Shown here: positions 42,198-55,826 of the stretch, one piece after another
Layout of the letters: each line of letters begins with the position of its first letter
Numbering within the stretch: the first letter of the stretch is position 1
NCBI GenBank assembly: GCA_036785375.1
Contig: JAWMAR010000247.1
Location: 1,302,001 to 1,366,000, forward strand
Reading direction: 5' to 3'
Length of the DNA: 64,000 nt
DNA from: Leucoraja ocellata
Lineage: Eukaryota
The notes under the pieces: generated by a model
The model's database searches: none
Told to the model about the DNA's origin: nothing
The model's input: the letters and a program-made list of their open reading frames with translations, nothing else
Translations under genes and position numbers: made by a program

Positions 42198-44351
42198 AGT
42201 CTGGAGTATTGCAGCGGATCCGGCTGCAAGATGCACTGAGTGATGTCGACTGGAATATGTTCGAAGCAAGTTCCAGTGACGTCAGTGAGTTCGCGGAAGC
42301 AGTCACGGACTTCATCGCAACAGTAACCGACAACATCGTCCCCACGGTAAGGGTAAGCACCTTTCCGAACCAAAAACCCTGGGTAGACAGGTCTGTTCGT
42401 GTGGCCCTGAATGCTCGCACCGCTGCCTACAACTCGGGCCTGGCATCAGGAAACATGGACGTCTACAAGGCAGAGTCCTACCGACTGCGAAGGGCGGTGA
42501 AGGACGCAAAGAGAAGGTACAGAGACAAGATGGAGTTACAGATGGAGCAGCAGGACACCAGAAGCCTGTGGCAGGGGCTACGGATTGTAACCAACTACCG
42601 GAGCACCCCTCCCTCATCCGCAAGTGCCGGCACCTCCCTAGCTGATGACCTGAACTCCTTTTACGCTTGTTTCCAGAGGGGCAACACCACTCCAGGTCTG
42701 CCGAATATCGACAATACCACCAGCGGGCTGGCTACCGAAGCTGAAGGGAGGCATGTGCACATATTCTCGCTGTCCGAGCATGACGTGAGGAGGGCTCTGA
42801 CACGGGTGAACACGAGAAAAGCTGCAGGCCCCGATGGCATCTCGGGGCGAGTACTCAAGTCCTGTGCTACGCAGCTAGCTCCAGTGCCCACTACATTATT
42901 CAACCTCTCCCTGGACAAGTCCGTGGTCCCTGCCTGCTTCAAAAAATCCATCATTGTACCGGTACCAAAAAATGCCTCCCCAGCCTGTCTGAATGACTAC
43001 CGTCCGGTGGCCCTTACCTCGGTAGTCATGAAATGCTTTGAGAGGCTGGTGAAGAAACACATCTGCGCCTTCCTCCCTCGGAACATGGACCCGTTGCAGT
43101 TCGCATACCGTCCGAACAGATCCACGGACGATGCGGTCTCCCAGGTCTTGCACACTGCTCTCTCCCATCTGGACAGCCAGAAGGGGGGCTACGTGAGGAT
43201 GCTGTTCATAGACTACAGTTCAGCCTTCAACACGATAGTCCCTACCAGACTGGCCGGGAAGCTAATGGAATTGGGGCTCAACAACTCCCTGTGTGCCTGG
43301 GTCCTGGACTTTCTCACCGCCAGGCCCCAGGTAGTCAAATGGGAGGGAATACATCAAAGTCCCTCACCCTGAGCACAGGATCGCCCCAGGGTTGTGTCCT
43401 CAGCCCCCTATTGTACTCCCTGTACACACATGAATGTGTGGCTAGGTTCAGCTCCAACTCAATAATTAAGTTTGCTGATGACACTGTGGTGGTGGGCCTG
43501 ATCTCAGACAACGACGAGAAGGCCTACCAGGAGGAGGTGGCTGGTCTAGCACTCTGGTGCCAGGATAACAGCCTCCTCTTGAACATCAAAAAAACGAAGG
43601 AGCTGATCATGGACTTTAGGAGGGCACATCATCCGAGGACGTACACTCCATTGAGGATAAATGGGGATCCTGTGGATAGGGTGAACTGTTTTAAATATCT
43701 GGGAGTTCACATCTCCGAGGATATGACATGGGCATCACACGCCTCAGCACTCGTGAGTAAGGCAAGGCAGCGCCTTTACCACCTCAGGCAATTGAGGAAA
43801 TTCTGAGTGTCTCCGAGGATCCTCCAGTGCTTCTACGCAGCAGCGGTGGAAAGCATCTTGTCCGGGAACATTACCATCTGGTTTGGGAATTGCTCTGCCA
43901 AGGACAAGAAGGCTCTGCAGAGAGTAGTGCGTTCGGCTGAACGCACTATGGGAACTTCACTTGCCCCCCTGCAGGAACTATACATCAGGAGGTGCAACTC
44001 CAGAGCCAACAATATCATGAGAGACCCCTTCCATCCCTGCAAAGGACTGTTCCAGCTGCTACGGTCAGGCAAACGCCTCCGTTGCCATGCGGTGAGAACG
44101 GAGAGGTTGAGAAGGAGTTTCTTCCCAGAGGCCATTCGGACTGTAAACACCTATCTCACCAGGGACTAACTCTACTGAACGTTTTTCCTTCCCTTCCATT
44201 ATTTATTATGTAAAAGAATATGTGTGTTATGATTGTGTTTATAGTTTGTTTGGTTGTTTGTCTTTTGCACAAAAGTCCGCGAGCATTGCCACTTTCATTT
44301 CACTGCACATCTCGTATGTGTATGTGACAACTAAACTTGACTTGACTTGAC
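42198..44351 (+). mobile_element. Young Rex1/Babar-like LINE, 5'-truncated (one frameshift, one stop)
   Basis: ORFs 42041-43372, 43291-43806 and 43807-44169 with RT motifs [39 protein letters not shown]. (CTTGA)n tail. Confidence 0.93.
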
Positions 44352-44929
44352 CTCTAGAGAACATGGACAGGCGACGTTTCGGGTGAAGAGCCTATCCAAA
44401 ACGTTGCCTATCAACATTCTCCAGAGACGCTGCCTGACCCACTGAGTTACTACAGCACTTTGTGTTCTACGCAAGATGCCCGCATCAGCAATGCCTCGAG
44501 TCCCATTTGTTTGATGTGGACTTACTTCAAACCCACTCATGTTGGACTATCCACATAATGTTTCAAGGAACCTTACACAATGTACAAAATAATAAGATTA
44601 AGAAGGATAACTTCTACAGATGTGAATGACTTCTGACAGCAAGTACAAAGGTTACAAGTATTGGTTTTAAGTTGCTACAATATACAAAGAGGTTGCATGT
44701 ATCAAATATTTCTGTGGTCATCCCAAAGTTCTTCATACATTTTCAGTTTATCTCCAATATATTGTACACATCGTTTCAATGTTATTATCAGAAAAATAAC
44801 TGCACTGAACCATAAATACTAAGCTGAGCTCAGAGGTTTTAGACCATCTTGAAAGAACTTTAAAAAATGCTGGAAAATAGAACTCTGTACAATACTGCCC
44901 CCCCCCCCCCTACACTAGATTCTCATTTC

Positions 44930-46310
44930 TTGAATGAATGAATAAGTTTATTGGCCAAGTATTCACATACAAGGAATTTGCCTTGGTGCTCCGCTTGCAA
45001 GTGACATCAGTGACAGTTAGGAATGAAACATAAAACATTAATAATGAACATTATCGATTAAACATGTGAATTAAATAAAATACCAGAGCAATAGGAGGCT
45101 ACATATTTTTGATTATTGAGTAGAGCTACTACTCGTGGAAAAAAAGCTGTTTTTATGTCTGGCTGTGGCAGCTTTGACAGTCCAGAATCGCCTTTCAGAG
45201 GGAAGTTATTCAAAGAGTTTGTGGCCAGGGTGAGAGGGGTCAGAGATGATCTTACCCGCTTGTTTCCTGGCCCTTGCAGTGTACAGTTCCTCAATGGAGG
45301 GAAGGTTGCAGCCAACAACCTTCTCAGCTGATCGAACGCTTCGCTGCAGCCTCCGGATGTCGTGCTTGGTGGCTGAGCCAAACCAAACCATGATGGAGAA
45401 GGTGAGGACAGACTCTACGATGGCCGTATAGAATTGGACCATCATTGCCTGCGGCAGATTGTGCTTCCTCAGTTGATATGATATGATATGCCATTTATTG
45501 TCACTATACATGTACAATGAAATTAAAAGCTGCTCGTACTCAGTGCGTACATATAATTTAGTACAAAAAACAAGAAACAGAAAACAAAAACAGAAGGGAG
45601 AAGGGGGGGGGGGGGTGGATAGGTGCACAATTCTGCGGCGCTATATACATATATACAGATGGAAGTCCGGGTGTTGGGCTGTGAAGTCAGTGCATGTGTG
45701 AATTAAGAGTAGTTATAATTTTCGGAAAACAACTATTCCTGAGTCTATTTGTCCTGGATTTGATGCACCTATAGCGCCTTCCAGAGGGCAGCAGGTCGAA
45801 CAGTCCAAACGCAGGATGGGAGCTGTCCTTGATGATATTCTTTGCCCTGCTAAGGCAGCGGGAGGTGTAAATGTCCATCAGGGAGGGGAGAGGGCAGCCA
45901 ATGATCGTAGGACAGCCGCAGGAAGTACATCCTCTGTTGTGCCTTTTTGACTGGAGTCGATGGTGGCCCACCATTTAAGGTCCTTGGAGATGATGGTTCC
46001 CAGGAACTTAAAAGACTCCACAGATGTGACTGTGGTGTTGTTGATGGTGTGGGGAGGGAGGTGGGGCTCTCCTAAAGTCTACAATCAATTACACTGTCTT
46101 AAGAGCATTGAGCTCCAGGTTATTGCGATGGCACCAGGATGCCAGCAGTGTCACTTCCTGGCTGTAGGCTCCCCATCCTGGATCAGTCCAATCAGGGCTT
46201 TGTCATAGAAACATAGAAATTAGGTGCAGGAGTAGGCCATTCGGCCCTTCGACCCTGCACCGCCATTCAATATGATCATCTGCAAACCTGAGCAGCTTGA
46301 CGGGGAGTCA
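44930..46310 (-). mobile_element. Nested Rex1/Babar-like LINE fragments plus a CR1 tail
   Basis: QLRKHNLPQAMMVQFYTAIVESVLTFS..DPSHPGHKLF. A second subfamily is nested at ~45470-45915 (DSSHPAFGLFDLLPSGRRYRC). Confidence 0.8.
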
Positions 46311-46825
46311 GTGGAGGTGCAGTTTCTTACTGGTATTTTCAGTTCGTATTATTGATTAAAGATTAAATTACTTCATGATGGGATGTAAAATGGTGAACAA
46401 AATTCAAGACAAAATTAAGAACTTTGCACTAAGCTTTGGTTGCAGCTGTGAATCTCTAATGCAGAGATTAAAGCAAAGTGATTTAAGTCGAGTATTTTAA
46501 CTTGTGTGTGGATTAAGACATTAGCTGCATATCCAGTTCTCAGTGCCTTTCAATGAAGTCTAGGAGCTGTGGTGATTGAACAAACTACATTTAATATTTA
46601 ACAAGACCAGGTTGCAGTTATCAGCCCAATGGAGTCATTTCATTTGTGAAATGAATGCAGAAATGTGTTCAAGTTTAATTTTATATGCTACTGGGGAAAC
46701 GTAAAATAGCGACCAGGATTTAAGATTAAGACAGGACTAAGTTTAGCATGATATGAGATTTCCCCAGTAAAGTGTGATAAGCTGTTAATGACAAAACTAA
46801 CAATAGGTGGATAGTTAGTGAAGTT

Positions 46826-49800
46826 TATAGCGGCAGATTTTTATATTGTTCAAGAGATTAGTCCCTCAAGCCGCTAAATGGACAGCATGGTTAAGGGGAA
46901 TGTCTCCGTACACATGTGAGCTCACCATCAGAGACCTTCAGAGCTTCTTCACCTGAGTGGCTCTTGTGGCTAAAGGGATCAGGGGGTATGGAGAGAAGGC
47001 AGGAACAGGATACTGAGTTGGATGATCAGCCATGATCATATTGAATGGCGGTGCAGGCTCGAAGGGCCGAATGGCCTACTCCTGCATCTATTTTCTATGT
47101 TTCTATGTTTCACAGATAAGTCTTCCAAAACACTTTTGATTAATAAATTCTTTATTGTTGATGAAAACAATAAGGTACATCCAAACTTCTTCCGACTCGT
47201 TACTATAATCTTCATCGAACTCCAGCTTATTGCTTTAAACATTAGAAAACTCCTCGAGTCTCCATTACACTTCGCATGGTCGAAGGATAAACCTTCTCCA
47301 TGCATGTTCCAAACTAAACTAAAAACTAAGCTTCTGCGCAAGATACATAGCCCCAAATACGTCATAAATCCCACCCACAATATAACGGGCAGTCTAAAAT
47401 TTAAAGACACATTAATGACACGCAAAACAAGACAAATGGCCACTAATTGTTCCGAGTATATAATGAGGCAATTCCTAATAAACATAAAAAAAGTAGCCAT
47501 GAAGGCTTAACATATATCAAAAGTAAAAAATCAGGGAATAGAACCCCGTGGCTCCTCGTCGGGAAATTGAACCCCGGTCTACCGCATGACAGGCGGGGAT
47601 ACTAACCACTATACCAACGAGGAAAAAATAGCATGCACTATATATCCGTAATCAAAATTCTTCATCGACTCTTGCATCCTCACTTTCGCCTTCTAGAAGC
47701 AAGTATAACTTGATTATTAATCTTATTAAAACACTGGTTTTAGTTCAAAATCGTACCGTGCGCACCAAACCCTTAAAATCAGGCATGATACCCAGTATAT
47801 AGTCCAAAACATAACAGTCCAAAGCTTTGATAGCATGAAACGTCTTCCCCATGTCCGATCAACTCATGGATGTGTTGTAACAGTAATGTTGAAGTGTGAA
47901 AATCCTTCAAAGGAATAACAGGATCTTTAGCAATAAAGTTTACCGTTAGGTTTGATTTAATTTCTGAATCATTAGCTGAGATTTCAAATCCCAGCTCGAG
48001 CTTTGGCCTTTCTCTGTCTGGCTTGCAGAGAGACGTTAGTTCATTGATCCATCTCTTATCGCTTAAAAAGCGGTTCACTGTCAGTTCTCTGGAAAACTCA
48101 TTTGCAGAATTTTCTTCTGTGTTAACATATTTCAGTTGTACAAAATTAGTAACTACCAATGATCTTTCCATTGGCAGATTGTTTTTGTCCAAATCTAACT
48201 CTCTGGTATCTTTGGCTCTATTACTAGTGGAATGCTTTCACAATTGTTGCTGATCCACTTGGAAAGTGTGTATCCTCCCTTATTGCAAAGAGAAGTCAGA
48301 TGTTCTACTGGTAGAATTGCTTCCTGCTCAGTAGACATGGATTTTAAACAATCATCCATGTAGAAATTATTTTTCAAAGAGATTCTTATTTCATGAAATT
48401 TAGTATTCTCATCAAACTTGCGTTTCAAATTCTGGGTACATTGTTCTGCCATACGACGATTATTCGGCAAACTAACACTTTCTTGTTTGAAAGGTAAGTC
48501 CACACAATAGTGTCCGTCAGTCTTTATTGAGTAGTTCATAATATCCATGAACTTCAACTCTTCATTCAACGTCTCTTCAGATTCCTTGCTGGTACTTTCC
48601 TTGAAGTCATGATTGTATGGCTTCATCACCGGCTTTTCTAATTCATCAGTAGATATTTGATTAACAGCAATACTAGGATAGTTCTTCTGATTCTCGTTTT
48701 CGTTGTTCCTTTTCAAGGAGCCATAGATAACCCATCCAAGTCGGGTTTTCATAGCATATGGTCCATCGCCTTGGCTCCTAACAATCTGTGTAGATTCCAA
48801 TGCCTTCAAAACATTTGTTCTGATAAGTAGATCAACACTTGAATTTATTTCAGATATCTTGACATCCTTCAGGTAAAGCCATTGTTTCAAGTCTTCATGT
48901 CTCGGTATATTTTGACGACCAACAGGCATGGTTCCATGTGTAAACATTCAGATATTGGTATAAAATTATCTTCCAGACTGGATATCTCCATACTAGTAAT
49001 GTAATGACTCATGCTCTCTTTCTCTTTAGTCATGGTATGTAATCGAATCTTAGTCTCTTCTCCTGTGATGTTCAGCCTTCTCGTCAGGTTTTCTGTGTAA
49101 AAGGTAGTCGAACGTCCGTGATCCAGAAAAGCATATGTTTGCAACACTGTATTCGTCTTGCTGTTCCTTACCTGCACTGGTAAGATAGAAAAGTTACAAG
49201 CTTCAACCCTGGCCCCAATATGAGCAGTTACTTGAGGCGAGGTGATAGCATCACTAGTAGTTGGCTTCTTCTGTTCTGTTTGCTCCGGTTCATCCTCTTC
49301 TATTTGCTCTGATAGCTCATCATCCGTTTGTTCCAGTTCTTCTTCCCAGTACTTTGGTAGCTCTTCTTCAGTGTGAAGTGCTTCAGGATGATATTGCCTG
49401 CACTTATAACAAATCATAGGACTCTTACAGTCTCTCACCATATGTCCTTTTTCCAAACATCCAAAACCGATTACCTTCTCTTTGAAGAAATCCATCTTTT
49501 CTTCATATTTTTTCATCTTGAATCTTCGACACCATCTTATGGTGTGACCAACTTCATCACATAACAAACAAAATACAATTTGCTTGCAAGTAGACACATT
49601 TCCTTTCTTTCTATCAGTCTTTTCCACAGGTCTGGTTGTGATAGCAAAACTACTTCTCTTAGGTTCTGATATTTCTTCAGTTTTGGTAAAGGTAGAACCT
49701 TTGTTAGTTGCAATCTTCAATAGTCCTGTAGTGTTGCTCTAACAAGTACCCTACTTCCCTGTCCAAGAATTCCACCAGGTCTGGTAGCTGGCTACTTGGT

Positions 49801-52513
49801 TCCTCTTATCCATTATTCCGCCTGCTTCATATCTCCACCTTTCTCTCAGTCTTCTGGGCAACTTGCTAATGATGATTCTAGTAATGTTTGGAAGATTCAT
49901 TTCCTCCATGTGGCTGAGATTTCTCATTGAGCTGCAACAATCTCTCAGAAATATTGCATAATCACTCAATGCCTCCCCATCTTCTGGCTTGATTCCTTTC
50001 CAAGCACGGGCCTTCTCCATGTATGTGTTTACAATCCTTTGTTCATCCCCAAAACGTTCTTTAAGTAATCTCACCTTTTTATAGCCTTGGCTGCCTTGCT
50101 CCTTTTGACAACTTTCTACAAGTACCTTGCTTGAGTCTGTGCACCGGGTCTCGGAAAAGTGTGGTCCGCTATTGGTTTGTCCCGAGCATCCACTGACGCT
50201 CCAATAGTAGTTGGTTTCGATCTAGCACCCATTTGCTGAGATGAAGTTTCACCCATCATCCTCTGCTCCAATGGGTTTTCAAAGCCATGAAATCCGGTTG
50301 ACCTCGATTGTGGAATTGATCCGACTGCTAATTCACTTCGAGCAATCTTTCTTCCCAAATCGGAGTTAATCACCTTTGATGTTCTAGAACTGCATCTTAA
50401 CCCCTCACTTTCTAGTAGCTTCTTCTTGTCGCGTCATCTCTTCTTCTTGTCTTCTTATCTCTTCTTTCCTCCGCTCAATTTCATGTTTCATCTTTATGGC
50501 CTCTGCTTCTATTGCGAGAGTGGCTAGGTCAGCTTCAACTCCCAATCGAGCAGAAGCCCTTGATACCAAACTGGCTGAAGAACCAGATTTATGTCTTGAT
50601 CGTCGTGGAGATACATTGGAGATATTATCTCATTGTGTAATTTCATCTTCCATTCTGGCACCTTGTTGCTTCGCACTTCCAGCTACTAAGCTCGTACGTT
50701 ATGGTATAATTTCAGATAACCACTCCTCTGCCTCCTTCTTGAAACCATTGAATATTTTCAACCTGTCTTCCTCCCATTGGATTTGTCTTCTGCGTTCTTC
50801 CCGAGACGACTGTGAACACAGCAGTACATCTTGTTTCTTGCTAACCTCCTGGCAGAGGTTCCATAGTTCCATATTAGATTTCACCTTGATCACATTCTGT
50901 TCTGATTCCATTAGTTTCTTCTGTTTCTCAATTAATCTGGTAACCTGTTTCCATAATTTGTTTCTCTCGTTCTCGGTCTCTTTCAAGCAGGCAGCTTGTG
51001 AATTATCTGTTTCTTCTCGCTACATGAGTTTAAGTTGTCTTATTGGTCTTTCATCGCCACCTCGTGGTCCCTCAGGCTTGGCACTTTCTTCATCTTCTGG
51101 ATCCATAATTTTAAAGAGGGCTTGGCAGGTCGCCAAGTGTTTAAATTTAATGAACATAGTCCTCTGCTTGTAGTTCTAATTTTGTTTTATGATAATAATA
51201 ACAATAAGTTTATTTATATAGCACATTTATAGTCAATTTTCATTGACCCCAAAGTGCTTTACATAATTTAAAAATCAGTTCCATACAAAGCATAAAGATG
51301 GGTTAACAAAATAATAAAATGCATAAACAGAACACAACATGTAACATAAACATCCACCACAGCATTCATCACTGTGGTGGAAGGCACAAAAAATTTTGGC
51401 CGTCCTCCTCCATTCCCCCCCCCCCGTGGACAAGACCAGAGTCCAGAGTCCAGTCCAGGATCGGTCTTTCCTCACCGGAGACCGCGGCTTCAAGATTGTG
51501 TAGGCCGCAGGCCGGCGGTTGAGATTTAAAGTCCCAGTTTTGTCAACATTTCCATCAGAACCATAACAAACTGATATTGTAGAGAACATCTCTCCAACAT
51601 CCATGGGCTTAAAGATGACGATAATTTAAAAGGAATGTGTGTTTATCAAAAGATTCAAAACAATCCAAGGTCGGTCTCGTTTCTCCAGACATACTGGAAA
51701 AAACATCTTTCTGGCTCTTCTTCAGAAGTCTTTTTTAAACTAAAACGTAGCTTCAAATTCAAAGAAATATAGTAGATCTTTACTCACAATTCTGTGATAT
51801 GTCTTCAGATAAGTCTCGATGTTGTCGATAGACCTCAAGGCCTTCTCTGGCCGAGATCTATTGTCTTCAGTTCCTTGGTTGGAACCGGAATTCTGGCCAA
51901 ACCTCTCAGAGATCTTAGTCAAATCTTCTGTCCCAATATCTGGGAATGGTATTTTCTTCAGTTCCTCGCTGGAACCAGTCTTCTGTCCCAATCTCTGAGA
52001 CTCTATTTACCCCTTTGCTGGAGGTATTCTTCGACTTAATGGAGTGGCAGATGTTCATATCGTTCAAGAGATTAGTCCCTCTAGCCGCTAAATGGACAGC
52101 ATGGTTAAGGGGAATGTCTCCGTACGCATGCGAATTCACCATCAGAGACCTTCAGAGCTTCTTCACAGATAAGTCTTCCAAAACACAGTCTTTTGATGAA
52201 TAAATTCTATATTGTTGATGAAAACAATAAGTTACATCCAAAATACTTCCGACTCGTTACTATAATCTTTATCGAACTCCAGCTTATTGCATTAAACAGA
52301 AAACTCCTCGTGTATTGTTACACTTCACATGGTCGAAGGGTAAACCTTCTCCATGCTCATTCCAAACTAAACTAAAAACTAAGCTTCTGCGCAAGATTCA
52401 TAGCCCCAAACGCACCCCAAAATACGTCATGAATCCCATATAACGGGCAGTCTAAAATTTAAAGACACATGCCATCATTAATGACACGCAAAACAAGCCA
52501 AATGGCCACTACA
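46826..52513 (-). mobile_element. BEL/Pao LTR retrotransposon, internally deleted, both LTRs present, 5-bp TSD
   Basis: TSD AAGTT at 46821-46825 and 52514-52518. 5' LTR 52040-52513 (TGT..CA); 3' LTR ~46826-47445 with a CR1-tail insert at 46953-47110. Gag LLKERFGDE, zinc knuckles, protease YAFLDHG, KTRLGWVIYG, RT NFYMDDCL, C-terminal GLVRTVR..IIKLYLLLE. Confidence 0.92.
47549..47623 (-). tRNA. tRNA-Asp(GTC) copy with genome-encoded CCA inside the BEL element (gene or retropseudogene)
   Basis: TCCTCGTTGGTATAGTGGTTAGTATCCCCGCCTGTCATGCGGTAGACCGGGGTTCAATTTCCCGACGAGGAG-CCA. Perfect 7-bp acceptor stem, one anticodon-stem mismatch. Followed by a repeated T-arm and TTTTTT. Confidence 0.88.
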
Positions 52514-52860
52514 AAGTTAACAGTGCAAAAGCAGTTTATACAGCTCAGGGACAACATTGATCAAAGCAAGGGCAATGTATAAATCAAATAATGCATGCAG
52601 GTTAGGTACAAAGACCAAAAGATAACAAAACAATCCTTTAATTAGGTATAAATCATCAATAGCTATTAATGTAAATAAAAGCAAGACGATGATGAACATG
52701 TTAAATTATTTTGGTTGAGTATTAACAAAGCAAGGGCATGTAGTTTGCCAGGTGTCCAAAGTAAACTAATGAGAATATGCAAAAATAAAATATTAATAGT
52801 AAACAACATACTGGAACACAAACAGTAACAAGCCCTTTAAAGAAAGCATGTGGCGCCACC

Positions 52861-53990
52861 TGTTAGTTAGGCCACTTACTGAGCGAACCCTTGGCACTAG
52901 GACTGGCAGGGTCACATAACTGTGTTTGGCGGGAAGAATTCATCACGTGGTTGAGGGGTGTGCCCTGGTATATCGTCAGAACTCTGGGAGAACCCTCCCC
53001 AGTTGCGTGCGTGTGCTGTTCTCTGTATTACTTAATAAAGATCACTTTTAGTTCATAACGCGTGTCTCGCTATAGTGGTGACACCGACGATCCAAAACGG
53101 TTATTTTGGATTTGCATAATGGACGCAGCCAACGATTTACCCCAGCAACACAAAATCGGCATCAATCCAGCCCAGCAGAATGCCGTCTCTCTTAAGCTGC
53201 CTGTGTTCAGGATATCGCAGCCCCAAGTGTGGTTTCAGCAGGCCGAAGCCCAGTTACACATTAGACGTATCACGGCTGATGACACTAAGTACTGTTATGT
53301 GGTCGGCGCGCTGAATCAGGAGACGGCCGGTCACCTGGTCCATTATCTACCCCTGCCGCCGGCTGAGGACAAGTACGGGGGCCTCAAAGCGCTCCTCCGC
53401 CTGCACCTCGCGGGTGAGAATTTTGCTGACCCCCTGCAGCTAGCGGAACATGCGGATGATCTGTGGCAGTCCAAGCAGAAGGGCGGCGCTTCGATCGATC
53501 AGGTGGCGGCAGGGCCTTGGAAGGCCCAGCGACCATGCCCTGTATCCACCAGGGGTTCGGCTTTGCAGTTGGTCCCGGGCGACGACGGTAAAGGGAAGTG
53601 GTGCTACTATCATCAGCGCTGGGGTTCCGCAGCCCGTCAGTGCCACCCGCCCTGCTCGTATCCGGGAAACGCCGGGGCCGGCCGCCAGTAGTTGCTGTGG
53701 CATCTACGCTTGGGACCGACATTCGGTCGACAGTTCCTCGTTGACACGAGTGTGGATGTTAGCGTTTTGCCCCCATTGGGGGTCAACACTCATTCTGGCA
53801 CGCGGGGGCCCTCTCTAACCTCAGTAAATGGCAGCTCCATTGGACGTATGGGGTTCGTACCGTCCGCTCATCTTTGGCACCTGTCATTTTACCTGGACTT
53901 TTACAGTTGCCGACGTTTCCCAGCCATTGCTGGGCGTCAATTTTCTCCGGGCTCAATCCCTGTTGGTGGATGTGAGGGAGGGGGCAGGGT
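52861..53990 (+). mobile_element. Gypsy LTR retrotransposon 5' fragment (LTR, PBS, gag, protease)
   Basis: LTR TGTTAG..TATA (52861-53074) with AATAAA. PBS TGGTGACACCGACG (53076-53089, tRNA-Trp type). Gag VSLKLPVF..QVWFQQAEAQ..WCYYHQRWGSAARQCHPPC; protease FLVDT. Confidence 0.85.
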
Positions 53991-54059
53991 CTCATTCGTC
54001 TGCTGGTTCATGTTCTTAAGGATTGTTGACTTTTACCTCGTTCTAATCATATCTTTTAA

Positions 54060-55826
54060 TCTTATATATTACTAAAAGTAAGATCTTGACCACTTCCTGT
54101 TTTTCTGTTTCATGATTTTTGAAACACTGCCACTTACGGCTGTGATTTTTGGCCATCTTACTCATCTGACCCCCTACGCTGTGCAGAACACGAGGATTTT
54201 TCCCATCGATGAAAAATAAAAGTTATTATGTTTAAAAAATGTTGACATTCTCTCTACTGCCCCTGCTGGTGGGAGGGGGAGGTACTATAAAACCCGGAAG
54301 TGTTGTGCCTCACTCAGTCTCTGCAAGATGGAGGAAGCGAGAGGGTCACGTCTCTCTCAGCTGTGAATAACACTGAACACATGTCTACTCAACTGTGAGT
54401 GCCCTTAATGTGGTTTGAAAATGAAAATGTGGTTGCTTTGAAATGCTGCACTGCAAATGGTTGTTGTTGTTGGTGGTGGTGGTAACTGCTTTGAAATGCT
54501 GCACTGCAAATGGTTATTGTTGTTGTTGGTGATAGAAAATAGGTGCAGGAGTAGGCCATTCGGCCCTTTGAGCCTGCACTGCCATTCAATATGATCATGG
54601 CTGATCATCCAACTCAGATCCTGTACTTGCCTTCTCTCCATACCCCCTGATCCCTTTAGCCACAAGGGCCACATCTAACTCCCTCTTAAATATAGCCAAT
54701 GAACTGGCCTCAACTACCTTCTGTGGCAGAGAATTCCAGAGATTCACCACTCTCCGTGTGAAAAATGTTTCCCTCATCTCGGTGCTAAAAGATTTCCCCC
54801 TTATCCTTAAACTGTCACCCCTTGTTCTGGACTTCCCCAACATCGGGAACAATCTTCCTGCATCTAGCCTGTTCAACCCCTTTAGAATTTTGTAAGTTTC
54901 TATAAGATGGTGGTAACTGCTTTGAAATGCTGCACTACAAATGGTTGTTGGTGGTGGTAATGGCACAAATTCCTGTCTGCACTGTATATTGATTTTATAT
55001 AAAACGCTACCACTTACGGCTGTGATTTTTGGCCATCTTACTCAGTCCCCCTCCGCTTATCGGGTGCAGAGGATTCTTTCCATCAATGAAAAATAAAAGT
55101 GTTATTAGTGTCTAAAAGAAATGTTGAGAATCTCTCTCCTGTCAATCACGCCATGAAGGCCACGCCCCTTCCGGTGGGAGGAATTATAAAACCCGGAATT
55201 CTGGGTGTGGTTCTGTCTCTGCAAGATGGAGGAGGGAAAGATCACGACTCTGTCTGAGCTGTGAATCAACTGAACACACTGAATGTGAGTGTGGTGTTTA
55301 ATGGTGGTTTCATCCTGCTTGAAATGGTATGAAACGGCATTTGAATGTGGTGGCCTTGCACCCTGCATGTAATGGTATGAAACTGCACTTCAATTTGGTT
55401 GTCTTGCACCCTGCTTGAAGTGGTATGAAACTGCATTTGAATTCGGTGGCCCTGCACCCTGCTTGAAATGGTAGGAAACTGCAATTGAATTTGATGGCCT
55501 TGCACCCTGCTTAAAGTGGTAAGAAACTACACTTGAATTTGGTGGCCTTGCACCCTGCTTGAAATGGAATTTCAGGGAATAGCCGTGAGTCAACTGCTCG
55601 CCCACTAGCTGTGAGTGAGCTTTCACCCCAAGAATCCATTTGGCCCACAATGTTCATACTAGCCCTCTGGAAACCAGTTCCTTCAGCCCACAATACCCAT
55701 ACTAGCGCCTCCCCCTCACCACCACCACTGGCCACCAATATTGGAATTGGTGGAGAGGTGGAATATTGCATTGGCGGACCAGCCCTCCCGTGTGAACATG
55801 GGACCAATGGGTCCCACTTCGTCTAG
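54060..55826 (+). mobile_element. Non-autonomous Helitron with internal duplication, minisatellite and nested CR1
   Basis: A|TCTTATATATTACTAAAA.. start; subterminal hairpin TGGGACC-AATG-GGTCCCA (55799-55816); CTAG|T end. 54100-54400 is repeated at 54970-55290. CR1 3' piece (-) at ~54532-54907. Confidence 0.82.
55303..55568. repeat. 48-bp minisatellite, ~5.5 copies, inside the Helitron
   Basis: TGGCCTTGCACCCTGC recurs, with variants, at 55351, 55399, 55447, 55495 and 55543. Confidence 0.9.

Noticed and set aside
41729-44351. Head-to-head Rex1 pieces as a single twin-primed inversion
   Set aside because: Both parts include the same 3' region from different subfamilies with different tails, which fits two separate insertions.
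47036-47500. 154/162-aa ORFs over the BEL 3' LTR as a possible env or accessory gene
   Set aside because: They span LTR sequence plus a CR1-tail insertion and are not preserved in the 5' LTR copy.
47549-47566. tRNA-complementary TGGCTCCTCGTCGGGAAA read as a PBS of a plus-strand LTR element
   Set aside because: The entire tRNA is present, it is ~100 nt from the LTR edge, and the BEL coding strand is minus, so it is not in PBS position.
55303-55568. Regularly spaced repeats resembling a CRISPR array
   Set aside because: The whole 48-bp unit repeats with no unique spacers, there are no cas genes, and the context is a eukaryotic Helitron.
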